A stretch of 63,857 bases of DNA, counting the filler, from Lenisia limosa (lineage: Eukaryota; Protista; Breviatea): assembly GCA_001655205.1 (NCBI GenBank). It is 11 parts of 11 records of this genome, joined end to end, with 100 filler letters (N's around TTAATTAATTAA, not from the genome) between each part and the next. Parts side by side here need not be neighbours in the genome. Positions count along the whole stretch, not along the records: positions 38,064 to 45,414 come from LPNZ01003253.1; positions 45,515 to 54,737 come from LPNZ01006983.1; 9 more parts are not named here. One strand, 5' to 3'. How positions within the stretch are numbered: position 1 is the stretch's first letter; each line of letters starts with the position of its first letter. Below are positions 38,640 through 51,269 of the stretch, in pieces. The notes below the pieces were generated by a model. It had not been told where the DNA came from and ran no database searches. It was given only the letters and a program-made list of their open reading frames with translations. Made by a program: the position numbers and the translations under genes.

Positions 38640-40585
38640 TCACGAAAAGAATAGCATACAAGAGCACAATATATACCTATTTAAAACGTGTTTATCCCAA
38701 AATAAGTGAATATCGTAGTAAAAAAAGAGAAAAAACAGTACAATCTTTCTGGTAGGGGTGTCGTTGAGGACAGTGCTTTCCAAAGACTTCCGCCTCAGTG
38801 GAGATACAGGTGCGTCAAGATCGGTCACACCAGGGCAACGCTTGAGAAGGACTGACGGTCTAATCGCAACACNNNNNNNNNNCTCTGGACAGAAATCGGG
38901 TCCAAAACCTGTGTAAGTGCGGAGAGACCGGCTGCAAGAAGCAGAACACGCAGCTCCAAAGACTTGTTGTCAGACTGGATGGGCTTTGAAATGCGGTCAA
39001 GTTTTGCGAATAACTTTGCCTTAAAAGCGCCAAATGTCACCAAATCGAGGGGCTGAGTTCCATGGGATGTAGAAGGAAGAGGATGATATTGTGTTCCGCA
39101 AGAAGATCGAGGGCTGCTGGAGTCAAGCGCGAGTTGAGCCCGTCAGTGAGAAGCAAGGCAGGGGCATCGTCAGGAAGACCGTTCTCTTTTCGTTAGGCAA
39201 CTACATGGAGGATGATGATGGTCTTGACGTAGTGGAGGAAGGAGTCAGAGTTCTAAACAAATGTGAGACNNNNNNNNNNNNNNNNNNNNNNNNNNNNNNN
39301 NNNNNNNNNNNNNNNNNNNNATAGTGATTCTTACTTGATACTTCTCAATAGCATTGATCAAGTTACCAATGTATGTTTGTTTTGTTAACATTGAAAGAAT
39401 CAACATGTGCCTTGGTGACAGGTCTTGGCCACTACAAGAAAAATAAATCATGGTGTATGACCTAATTGACAAAACATATAACAGTACAAGCACAACTATT
39501 ACTGCGGATAAATTATGAAGGAAACATCTTTACCCACATACGACAAGTTTTAAGGAAGGGTGACGTTTAATAAACCCATTGACGAAGTCAGGGCCATGCG
39601 AAACAACTTTTTGTTCAACTTCAAGAGCAAGTCGTTTTGTCTTTCCAGTAAGAAATATGGCAATAACATGATAATAGTCAAGGTAATTTCAATAAACCCT
39701 CCAACAATTTGTATAACATTGTCTTTGGTGTTATGTTGGTCCTCGATAATCTTGACGTAGCATTCAACCAAAAAAAGGTCTTCTGTTGCAGTCGTAATCA
39801 ACCGTTGACCACCAGATTGCTTAATTGATTCAATGCCTTCTGCATTTAAGTATTTTGAAACTGTAGAGGTTGATATTCCGCAGTACGACGCAATATAACG
39901 GTAGGTTATATTTATACGTCTGCCAATTTTCTCATCATAAAACCAAACTTTTTTCAGTGCATTCACCTGAAATATTAATCACACTAAGGGGTACTAAACC
40001 ATCCATACCTGTTCTACAGGACCNNNNNNNNNNNNNNNNNNNNNNNNNNNNNNNNNNNNNNNNNNNNNNNNNNNNNNNNNNNNNNNNNNNNNNNNNNNNN
40101 NNNNNNNNNNNNNNNNNNNNNNNNNNNNNNNNNNNNNNNNNNNNNNNNNNNNNNNNNACCCACATTACCAGGATACTGGGTCATTTTTGGTTCTTGCTGA
40201 TAGCTTTAGAGAGGTTAAACGAGTGGTGAAAGAAATCAAACTTTTTGTTCGAGGGCTTTGTTCTTGTGTATTAATGCCAAATGAAGGACACCTCAATAAC
40301 AACGCTGTAAAAAACTTCTTTTTTCACTTTAAAAGGGGGTTTTTAAAATAAAAAAAAGGCTATAAGGCAACTGGGTGACCACGTAGTTCAGTTCAAAATT
40401 AGTCTCTGAAATGTTTCATTGCTTGCCTCTTCAGAAATTATATATTGTACATAATTCTCGTTTTTTAGGAATTTTTATTGATTTTTGGTCGAAATGGAAT
40501 TTTGCATCACAAGTAGGCACCTCTGTGATCGCACTCATACTGGTGATCGCACTCATACTTGCGATCGCACTCAGACTGAGAGACT
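38640..40585 (-). mobile_element. Degenerate pogo/Fot1-like (DDE_1) DNA transposon, left copy
   Basis: End TA|AGTC... at 40585. HTH exon TYRYIASYCGISTSTVSKYL...GGQRLITTATEDLFLVE (39550-39966). DDE_1 core LLLTDGLNSR...LLAEHNIILFLL..HGTQPLDLVTFGAFK (about 38880-39170, frameshifted). The 3' boundary was not found. Confidence 0.75.
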
Positions 40586-40720
40586 TATATATATATATAT
40601 ATATCATATACTATATAGCTAGTACATGTATAATATGTAATACTATAGTAATATTTATGATATATCTGTACCTTGATATACATGTAGTATAGTATGTACT
40701 ATATTTTTATATCATATATA

Positions 40721-41430
40721 AGTCCCCCGGTCTGATTGCAATCACAGAACTGCCTACTTGCGATGCATAATTCCCATTTCGACAAAAATTCAATAAAAAA
40801 TCCAAAAAACGAGAATTTTGTACAATAAATAATTTCTGAAGAGACAAGCAATGAAAAATTTCATAGACTAATTTTGAACTGGAGTGCGTGGTCACCCAAT
40901 TGCCATAGAGCCTTTTTTTTTGAAACCCCCTTTTAAAGTGAAAAAAGAAGTATATTACAGTATTGTTATTGAGTTGTCTTTCATTCTAAAGCTGTCAACA
41001 AGAACCAAAAATGACCCAGTATCCCGGGCAAGCGAGTTCCAACTCCGGTATAGTGACTTTTTCTTTTTGAATTCCCCTCTTTTTTTTCTTTTCTTTTTTC
41101 TTTTTCTTTCTTTATTCTTCTAGTAAATGAGGCTGAGGCTGCTTATTCCCCCAAAGGATGGATGGTAAGCCAGTTCATATCGATTAAGTATCGAAAGCAA
41201 ACTCATAAGATGGTTAACACAGTCTCACATTTGCATTTGTTTAGAACTCTGACTCCTTCCTCCACTACGTCAAGACCATCACCATCCCCCATATAGTTGA
41301 GAGAACGGTCATCCTGACGATGCCGCTGCCTTGCTTCTCACTGATGGACACAACTCACGCTCGACCCCAGCAGCCCTCTATCTTCTTGCGGAACACAATA
41401 TCATCCTCTTCCTTCTCCCTTCTTATGTTT
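40721..41430 (+). mobile_element. Internally deleted pogo-like transposon, right copy
   Basis: End TA|AGTCCCCCGGTCTG at 40721, followed by about 310 bp homologous to the left copy's subterminal region. DDE_1 fragment ALLLTDGHNSRSTPAALYLLAEHNIILFLLPS at about 41325-41430. Confidence 0.75.
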
Positions 41431-44233
41431 GATGCTTCCCTTTGAATGACTTGATATTATAGAGCTGGTGTGAGTGGTGGGATCGTAGCGAGCTTGGAGG
41501 GTTCTGTCTCCATTACCCTTGGCTGCTTGTTCTCCGCCAGCACTCTGAGGTACACCACAGCCCCCATGAGGTATGCTCATATGTTTTAAGTGTATATACG
41601 GGATATTGATACCAAATTAGTCGTTGCTCCTTTAAACAAAAGGAAATATTGGATATAGTATTTAATTAATAAGGATATGATATGTGTACAATATCCAGAA
41701 AGATTTTTTATCCCTATCAGACAAAAACCTTCTTCGGTGTGGACGTCTGCGTCGAAGGACAGGAGATTGTTGTCTGCTCCCTGTGCCAGCCGGTGGAATT
41801 TGGTATGGTGTTCACCATGGGTACCAAGGAGGCCACGTTGTCAAGCAACGGATGTAAGTTACCAATTGATGAAAAACTGGTGTTATATCCTAGACGTTCA
41901 GCACCACTGTCCGCACACTGCAACCCTCAAAGACCTCCTCTGTGGGTACCACCCAAGCCTTTCACTTACTCTTGACCCTGCCACCAGGCACATTCCTGTA
42001 AGTATACTCCTATCTATCACTCAAAACCAGGTCTGCAAGTCCGCCAAGAGCCACTCTGCTGTGAGCCTCACTGCACTCCAGCCATCGCAGTATGTAATAT
42101 ATCATACATAGTATGTATATATATGTTTGTGGTCAAAATTTTTCTTGTACTTCTTTAAAAAACATACTTTTTTTCGATCAAAAAAGATTAAATTAACACA
42201 ACTACTTCATTGTATAGAGCCTCAACAGACGCAGCAGGGTAGAGCAAGTATTTCTCTAATTATTATTATATATTCTTTTTTGCTAAAAAGGTAAAATCAA
42301 CAAAACAGCATAAAAAAAAATATACCATGTATATTTTTGCCCCTGACCCCATACCCCATTATGTATATATATTTTGGGGGTCTTTATAATATATATTTGA
42401 CAACTACCTAAGTATATGGCAAATAATTGGGTGAGTCAGGATTCCCACCCAGTATCTCATATTGAGGTGTCGGTTTGGACGGCTTTGGCTAGATACCTCC
42501 TATTTCTTCACTCTACATAAATATGCAAAAAACATACTATGATATAGTAAACATATGCTGTATATATCTGTAGTGTATCAATAATAGTATAATACTATAT
42601 CGATATATATGATATACTATGTACATGTATACATCTCTATCAGAACCAACACTGTGTAAATGAGATTAACTTAAGTAGTATTAAATCCTTATACCACTTT
42701 ACTTTGCGGATGTAATATTATATAGTACTAGATCTGATTCTATAACCGTATCAACCAAATGTTCTCTTAATTTGACATAATGAATAAAGATAGCCCCATC
42801 TGTACTTGTACGCGCAGGCACAAGCATTTGGTGAAATACTATCCGCTTGTCATATTGTAGTATGGTATGCACAGTGGGTGTTTCAACCAGAATCAGCATG
42901 AAGGTGTCTTCAGAGTGTTTCAAAGTTTTATCTATCTCTAGTTGAAGGATGAAGTTTCAACTCCTGGACGCCTGTTTGTTGAGAACTTTACCACACGGCG
43001 TGTGAACAGTAGGAGATTGTCATTTTACAAACAGAGGCTAGTTTTATTCACTTGAGGGGGATTGAGCCTACTGGAATAATCAATGGCAGATTAGTAGTAT
43101 GCAAATCAAAAGATTTGTATTACAGATACAATGTTGTTTTTCTTTTCTTCTCGATATATTATAGTTTTCTATAATATGATATGGATTCTAAATTATCTTT
43201 TCAGTTAATACATTTTGATGGAGTTAGAGTTTTGAACATGTGTTTGCGACGACGCTTCCAAGGATGATGGTTTTGTACCTGCTCTTTCAAAACATTCAAA
43301 TGACAATGATTGTGGTTCTTGGTGCGCACTGTTGGTTGACCAGTAATTTCTCATACTGTTGTTTCTTAAAAAACGTATTAACCTTCTTTATGTTAATGAG
43401 TAACTCTTTAGATTTTCTGGGTTCTTGATTCATTTGACGAAGTCTGATTGCTGAGACATGGAAAATTTTTTTTTTATTATATTTCTTTCACAAATTTAGG
43501 GTTCCAAATGTTTGTAACAGTTATTGTTGTTATTTTGGAACAAATTTGAGCTTTTCTGGTAAGAATAGTGGGATGTTGAAACTGGATTTTCATGTTTAGT
43601 AGAATGTATTAAAACAACTGATTGTCCTGCCTTTTTGATCGATTTATCAAGTCCCTTCTCAATTGGGTTGAGGATTTTGAGTGAACTTATCCTTTATTAT
43701 ACCAGGGGGGTGGCCCTTGGAGTTGGGGAGCTTGCACCAGTGTAAAAAGGGGTCTTATTTTGCTGATTTAAACTAATACTGATTTCGAGTATAATGTGTA
43801 TTTTTATCTATTTAATGTTTGAAAAGGTATGCGTGCTAACACTTACCCATCTGACATTTCATACCGTTCATAACACACACTTGTACTTCCATATTATATA
43901 TTGTGCTCAATGCTTTTTCCTTCTTGAAAATGATCATAACCTCCCTATCATTGGTTTTTTCACCTTTGTGCTTGCCAACTTGTCACCATTTTTTTTTTGT
44001 TTTTGGTTTCACATTGCACCTCAAGCTGTTGATGGAGCAGTTGCTGTTGACGACACTTTTTATTTTTTATCAACAGGAACCAAAGTAAACTGCCAGCACG
44101 CTCACAACCATTAATAGCACCGTGTCAAATAACTCTCCTTCTCAAAACTGAGAGCTTCCGATTTGTGTGCTGATTTATTTTGACTGCGATATATATTTCT
44201 TTATATATCATATTCATTTCTTCCAAGAAATTT

Positions 44234-44318
44234 GCTTCACTTTCGGTTCAAAAAAAGACTGATTTCTTGATAAATCCTCGATAGTTTATCAGGTCTTTTG
44301 TAACGGAAAGTGGAGCTC
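44234..44318. mobile_element. MITE family A copy, degenerate
   Basis: gcttcactttcggttcaaaaaaagac...gataaatcctcgat...ggtctttt. Confidence 0.65.
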
Positions 44319-45529
44319 TAAAAATTGCACTATGTAGGATTGTATCGATTCTTGCTTTATTAGACTTCACTTGTCGGTATATACATAATATATATGTATA
44401 TGCTGCTCCGCATAAACCTTGTGATTAATTAAAAACTATGTGATTAATTAAATTTGGGTCTTTTTGCCTGTAAAACCTGGTATAAATTGCTTGAGTTTAT
44501 CTTTAGTACTGTTAAAGTGATAGATTTAAACATTAGTTACTAGTCCCTCATAGAGTAAGCGAAACCNNNNNNNNNNNNNNNNNNNNNNNNNNNNNNNNNN
44601 NNNNNNNNNNNNNNNNNNNNNNNNNNNNNNNNNNNNNNNNNNNNNNNNNNNNNNNNNNNNNNNNATTTAATTGTGTTTTATTTTTATTTTTATCCCTTTT
44701 TTTACATTATCACTGTGTTACAGTAACTATATTTTAAGAGCTGACAACGAAGGCAACTCAAACGTAAGTGTGATTCTGTTGATTTTGTAAAAATATTATC
44801 GTCAGAAAAAAATATTTAGTATTTTTTAAAAAAGGGGTTCGAAATAAAAAATATTTGTATTTTTTTCGCCCCCCTCCCCTTTTTCACCTTATTGTGGCTT
44901 TCATGATTACGTAGAAATTTAGTACGTTCAAAATGAGTGAAATCGGAACAAAAAAGAAAATTAACCATTATGTGAAAAAAGGTCCAATATTAAAAATATT
45001 CTTATAACTTCTTCATTTTTTGAATTTTCCAACCCCCCCTTCATTTTTTTTACATTGGTGAGGGTATNNNNNNNNNNTATGTGAAAAAAAGGTCCATTAA
45101 TTAAAAATATTTTTAACTTCTTCATTTTTAAAATTTTCCAAACCCCCCTTCATTTTTATTACATTGGTGAGGGTATTAGCTCTGTATAGAAATTTCGTAC
45201 GTTCAAAATGAGTGAATCCAGATTTTTTTAAAAAAATCAACCTACTTTTCTCGATTTTGCTTGCATTTGTGATTTTTTTTCTTCCATTTTTTTTCTGTAT
45301 TTCACAGATTTAGGATGGGGCGCGGTCGAAAATCAGCCCCGAATTTCTACGATATCGCTGACATGCATGTTGAGAAGAACGTCTGGGAAACTCACCTTAC
45401 TGACACTGAAAAGCNNNNNNNNNNNNNNNNNNNNNNNNNNNNNNNNNNNNNNNNNNNNTTAATTAATTAANNNNNNNNNNNNNNNNNNNNNNNNNNNNNN
45501 NNNNNNNNNNNNNNCCTTCTTGCAACATT

Positions 45530-48500
45530 TTAAAGCGTCTTAACGACATTGAATTTGAGCATTTCTGATAAAAGGCAAAAAAGAAAGGATAATGTCAACA
45601 ACTCCACCAACTCTGGTCGAGCTTCCACGGATGCTTTTTGGGTTTTGGCAGGATGAAGAGCTGCCATGATGGCCTGATGATCACTGGCACGGCCTGAGGT
45701 TGGCAGAAGCTGGGGATGGATGATGATGGTGATGGCGAGAATGATGATGATACGAGGATGATGTGATGGAGATCGTTTAATTACCTTCTCAGAGAAATCG
45801 CCTGGGGCTGAAAGAGGCAAAGTGGCAAGACAATCCCAATGCGGCGTGTAGAAAATGAAGTCTGTTGTCACTGAAAGTGTAAGTAACAAAAATTTGACCT
45901 CCCTCTTGTTCATCCCCCCCCCCTCTCTCTCTCTCCTTTTTTGTTCATCCACCCCTAATCTATCAGTGACNNNNNNNNNNNNNNNNNNNNNNNNNNNNNN
46001 NNNNNNNNNNNNNNNNNNNNNNNNNNNNNNNNNNNNNNNNNNGACAATATCACTCTTGACCTCTCACAATCTATCAGTGACGACATTGATGACAATATCA
46101 CTCTAGACCGCTCAGTTTTGGACACCATATACCCACACATACACTTTTAGATATATACATGAAATATATATATATATCTAAAAGATGGACTTCACTTCAG
46201 TTCGAAAAAAGACGGAATTTCTCGATAAATCCTCGAAAACTATCCAAATTGTACCAGTCTTTTTCGAACCGAAGTGCCCCCCCCCCCACTTTTGGACCTG
46301 TCCATGTTGATGCTTTGACTCATTTCCTTGCTATAGGGCAGCAGGGGATAGGCGGAACTCAGTTTGAAAGGATGGTATGCCGCAGTCCTATCCCAAGGCC
46401 AATACTGGGTCGTGAAAGCTGACATTTGATATAATCCAAGATTATATTGTTATAACTGTTAGGTCATATTAGGACTCTGTGTAATTGATTAATGAACAAA
46501 AATGAATGTAATATGTCTCATTTCAAATTTATTTGATTTAGTCTTGGTCTTATTTGAACCTACCCCATTGTTCGCGAGTGCTGCTTTCATTTTCTCTATA
46601 AACTGCAGCTGAAAGGTAAGTATTTTTATTGACATGTAGGTATTAGGTATTGAAAGATTGCTCTAGGGGGGAGTAAAACGAAGGAAATTTCGATAAAGAA
46701 CATTAGCGTACTTGGGGGAGGGGGTTGATGGTGGATACGATTAAGAAAAGTAAACGATCAAATTATATCGATGATTTAATCAGACATTAGGTCATGGTCG
46801 GGATACAAGTGAAACCGTTGTAATGATGTTTGAGGCGCGGTGAGATGGACATGATAAGTTCACCCCTCCCCACAACGAAAGGTTCGTCCTTGATAGGGGA
46901 GTTATTTTGGGCAGCATGATAGATTTTCTACAGAAGATTAGTCATTTTTCGTTATTAATTCATGTTAGAAGATTAATCTTATATCTACAGATATTCCTGC
47001 TTTTTGGGTAGAAATGCTTTAAGATATTTATGAGTTGGTTGTGCAATTAACAAGAAGTTATTCTCTGAATTATCCAAATTTATGAGTCCGAAAGAGTGTT
47101 TTTGTTATCTTATGTCAAAATAATATTCAAAAATTAAATTGATAACTTTTTTTTAATATGTGAAACTGATTTAACTCCCATCATCAGTTTCCCTCAATTT
47201 CCCATCATCTATCCCCCCCCCACAGCTCCGCAAATTTTGACTTCTTCCGCCTTGTCAAGGGGTAAAAAGCCTACGAGAGAATATTAGGATAAATAGGTTT
47301 CATCCATAGAAAAGTTCAAATAAACCCACATACACCTTTCTTTTACTTCGGTTTGAAAAAAGACTAATTTATCGAATAATCCTCGAAAACTATCGATATT
47401 TTACCGGTGTTATTCGAACCGAAGTGAAGCCCTACTCACCTCCTTGCAAGAAGGCCGCAATATCGGACTGAGGGTAGATGTTCAGATCGCCCGCAAGAAT
47501 CAGGGGCGCGTCATGGCCTGATGGGGGTGACATGGCAACAGGATAACAAGGTGACATGGCAACAGGATAACAAGGTGACAGGCAACAAGATAACAAGGTG
47601 ATATGGCAACAAGATAACAAGGTGATAACAAAACATGACATGATAACAGGATAAGAAATAAAACGAAGTGACATGGTAGCAAGCAAACAGAAACAATATT
47701 TCCCTACCAAAGATTACAGTGTCCGTAATATTAGCCTTGACCTATTTTCCCACGGAAATATACATAGAGAAAATCGGGACTTATCTCAGTCACTATACAT
47801 TTACCCATTTACCCCCAACCAACCAAAGCAAGCCGCAACTGAGTTCAGCATCAACTGCAAAAGAGCAAGCTTTTGGTAGCCAGCTCTAATATGGTGAAAC
47901 CAAGAGAAACCCTCTTGATCCTTACGGGTGAAGCACAGAATATAACCAGAGCTCCGTGATGTGTAAATTAATGGCAAATTTTGAAGTGACACTTTATTTC
48001 ATGGGAACTCCATTTCAGACTCTTTAATATCAAATTTTGTCAACGGTGTACTAAATAGTGTAGTACAAGTAGGGCTTCCCTACAGTCCCAAAAAGTCTAA
48101 ACTTCTCAATAGAGATTTGAGTTCCCTTTTTAGGACCGCATTTATATTTAGTCAATAGTAAATGTTACAATAAAGAGAATAAAAAAGCAAAATAGTACAG
48201 TAAATAGTAGTAGTGAATAGGAAAAAGAAATAATAAAACAAATAGGAGAGCAAATTGATAGTAAAAAGAGTCTCCAACGTACTTTGGATTCCAATATAAA
48301 TGAGACGTTGCAATGACCACCGCCTAAACCTCGTAAAATGGCTTAAAATTCCTGAAACCTTTCTTCCAAGAGGTTTTCACTTTGGAAGAGATGATAAATA
48401 AAACACGCTTGTATTCGGCAAAAGTCGTCCACACCTTCACGCTTATACGATAATATAATATTAATTCACCCAATCATTTGCCTTACAACTCCGTGCACAC

Positions 48501-51269
48501 ATCCTTCGAAAGTACCATAATGAGAAAAATGACTTAAACATACCAAAGAAGAATGGTTCGACTAATTAGGAACATGGCTCGAAATAACTTCAGCAAGCGT
48601 CCCCAAACATACCTGTTTTGGAAGGTTGACAGCAGCAGGTTTAATAGGGTTCACCAAGCACGGAGGTTTAATTGAAGAACTGGAAGGGGAGTGAAAAAAT
48701 AGAACCCCTTAATTTAGACAGTAACTTCAAAATTTAAAGGGTCATATTTTCATGCATGATAACTCCATTTTTGACACAAAAATTTTCGATTCAGATTTTC
48801 AAAAAATTAATTGCACCTATAAAAAAAGGAACTTCTGGTTTAACTGCTCACCTTGGTCGACTCAAAAATTCAGGGAGAAAATCCCAAGACGTTTCTTTCA
48901 GAGGCTTAACAGGGCATTCAACTAGATAGCTATGACTGTCGACCCATAAACTGTATGAGGAGAATGGGATAATACCCAAATAGAAAAAGAAAATTGCTCC
49001 CACCTTCAAGAGGACATACGACGGCAACTAGAGCAACATCTTTGTGAGGATTAACAAAGTTGGTTTGGTCCATGTACAAGGGGTGGACATGGATCAGTTT
49101 AAACCTGGATTGGTGAATAGAAACAATAGGTGGGCATAGATTGCTGGATTTGGGGTACAACTCAGAATACCTCCCATCATCAAGATGAGAGCTTCACTTC
49201 GGTTCAAAAAATACCGGTAAAATATTTTAAATTTTCGAGGATTTATCGAGAAATTCAGTCTTTTTTGGAACCGAAGTGAAGCGCTCACCAAGATAAACTT
49301 CCAGCTTAACTTCCCAGCAAAACGCCTTCCCCAACTTATAAATACAGTAAGAGAATACTCCCCATTAATATAAGATTATCCAAAAATAGATAACCCACAT
49401 CAATACCCCCCCCCCCAACTTATCAGCACGATAGGAGAATACGATGCCGTCTTGGAATCCTCCAGACTTCTTCTGATAAAGCGAGTTGTAGCCAAACCTA
49501 GGAAAATATGTTGGTTAAACCTGGTGAAAATATTTTTTAATTGTATCATAAGAGTATCAATTTTTATATAACTACAGACGCTGCTACCACCTTTTTAGAT
49601 GACTGACCCCTGAACATTTATACACTCCTCGCACTGGTTCAGCCTTGCCTCCAGGTCACGGAACTCGGAAAAGGCCCCAACTTCTTGGAACACCACAACA
49701 TCTGGCCGAAACGAGATAACCTCATTCTGGGGGTGATGATGAGAATATTTAAGGAGATTATGATGATATTTAAGGAGAAGATGATGCTATTTCAGGAGAA
49801 GATGATGATACTTGAGGAGAAGATGATGGTATTTAAGGAGAAGGTGATGATACTTGATGGTATTTAAGGAGAAGGTGATGATAATTCAGGACAAGATGAG
49901 TTACTCATTAGTGTGTTTTAAGCGGAGGAGAATGAAAAAAATATACCCTACATACTTTTATAAAGCCCATTTTAAACCCCCATCACCACAATGGGGCGAA
50001 CTCGTGCAGCAAACTTGGGGAGGTTGGGTGTTTCATCTTCACGCACATACCCGTCGTAAAGCACATTGAAGCTCATAACGGTAATCTGTATTGATGATGA
50101 ATGTGGTCGAGTGGATATGGGCCAACATTTCAACTCAGCTCGAAAGGCGGTCACATGACCGTCCCCTGTGGACATGGAGAACATAAAAAACAAAGCCCAG
50201 GTCAGTCGCTTCTGCAGCACCGCATCCCATCACTCCATTAACAATGACGGTAGCAGATTAATCAAGGATACTTTTGCTTCAAGGCTCACATTGGGAACTC
50301 CGTTTCGGTCACACTGGTGTGTCTCTGGAATTTCGAGGCTTCGTGTAGCAACACTAAGATATCAGTAATATTGACATGGGAAATAAAACAAGGTTGTATC
50401 TGGCCGCATCATCACGCGTATGAGAGATATTGGACTATAGTATCTGGGCGAAGCCGTAAACACCATCATCACGTTTGTAAAAGAAATTGGATTTAATAGT
50501 AAATATTTCACCCATCGTTTGCGCACCACCCCCCTACCCGTCATCAGAATCATAAGCACAGTAAGCTCCCGAAGTTGCCTCATAAGGCTGGATAAAGAAC
50601 GGAGGAATATCAGCACGACCAAAGAGTTCAACTGCTGACAATTGTTAAACCAATACACTATAATAAAATCCGGTTTGCTTTTTTCATAGAATGAAAAGTA
50701 TAGGATGAGAGTTAATTACTTAATATCACCAGTAGACATCATATGGGCAAACTTTCTTTTCTTAAAGGAGCAGTTAGGTAGTTTTCCTTGGTCTAAAAGG
50801 GGTGAAGGGATCAGAGAAATTGAAATTGAGCAAATCAAAGCGGAGCGCAATTTAGTTGGTGACAAACCCCCACCCCCACGTTGTTAATTTCATCACAGGT
50901 GGGGGGGGGGGACTATTTGATCTGCCCTCCCCCCACGTTGTTAAATCTGCCCCCCACGTTGTTAAATATGGACTGGTAGTTCGAGAGTGGTGCTCGTTGT
51001 TGGGTACCTGTGGGGGAAGTAAGAGAGCTTCACTCCAATCCAAATTAAGACAAATATCTCGATAAATCCAGACATCCTCCACTTTTCATGATTCAAAAAA
51101 TAAGGCAGTTCACCACTTCTTGTCACATTTCATCATTCTATAGTCCCACAAAACGCTGTATCCCCCCAACCCGTGCCGGCAGCGACATGTGAATTCCCGT
51201 GAGCGGTTCCACAATAATAACACTTCACGCGCGATCCGAAGTTCATTGCGCCACAAACACAGCCCCAAT
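45530..51269 (-). CDS. Angel/CCR4/nocturnin-type EEP nuclease/phosphatase with an N-terminal RanBP2-type zinc finger
   Basis: EEP motifs appear in order: ITVMSFNVLYD, PDVVVFQEV, GYNSLYQKKSGGFQDG, FKLIHVHPLY...KDVALVAVVCP, QKLALLQLML, PLILAGDLN, HPFKLSSAYP, DFIFY, TSGRASDHQAIMA. The upstream exon at 51171-51269 encodes WGCVCGAMNFGSRVKCYYCG. Confidence 0.82.
46187..46280. mobile_element. MITE family A copy
   Basis: ggacttcacttcagttcgaaaaaagac...tcgataaatcctcgaaaactat...gtctttttcgaaccgaagtg. Confidence 0.75.
47341..47432. mobile_element. MITE family A copy abutting a splice donor
   Basis: ...acttcggtttg...cctcgaaaactatcgat...gaaccgaagtgaagccc|ta. The TA overlaps the GTGAGT donor of the EEP exon. 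Confidence 0.75.
47527..47680 (+). repeat. Intronic 24-bp minisatellite
   Basis: GTGACATGGCAACAGGATAACAAG x4, then degenerate units. Confidence 0.9.
49187..49286. mobile_element. MITE family A copy, core in reverse orientation
   Basis: gagagcttcacttcggttc...tcgaggatttatcgag...ggaaccgaagtgaagcgctc. Confidence 0.8.
49738..49900 (+). repeat. Intronic 21-bp minisatellite
   Basis: ATGATGATATTTAAGGAGAAG-like unit, about 7 degenerate copies. Confidence 0.85.
50377..50495 (-). repeat. Family C head-to-tail dimer
   Basis: The reverse complement has the junction ...gcccagatac|tatagtccaat..., the same junction as the 25151 dimer. Confidence 0.75.

Noticed and set aside
41490-44110. Scattered exon-like segments on both strands
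   Set aside because: I could not assemble a consistent spliced frame or recognise a domain, so no feature was called.
44900-45210. About 160-bp direct duplication spanning an 11-N gap
   Set aside because: Overlapping contig ends or haplotypes could explain it, so it cannot be distinguished from a real tandem repeat.
47432-47710. ORFs with SPCYPVAM or LVILLPC repeats
   Set aside because: They are translations of the intronic 24-bp minisatellite. Only 47437-47515 is exon.
49685-50069. ORFs rich in MMIFKEK
   Set aside because: They are translations of the intronic 21-bp minisatellite.
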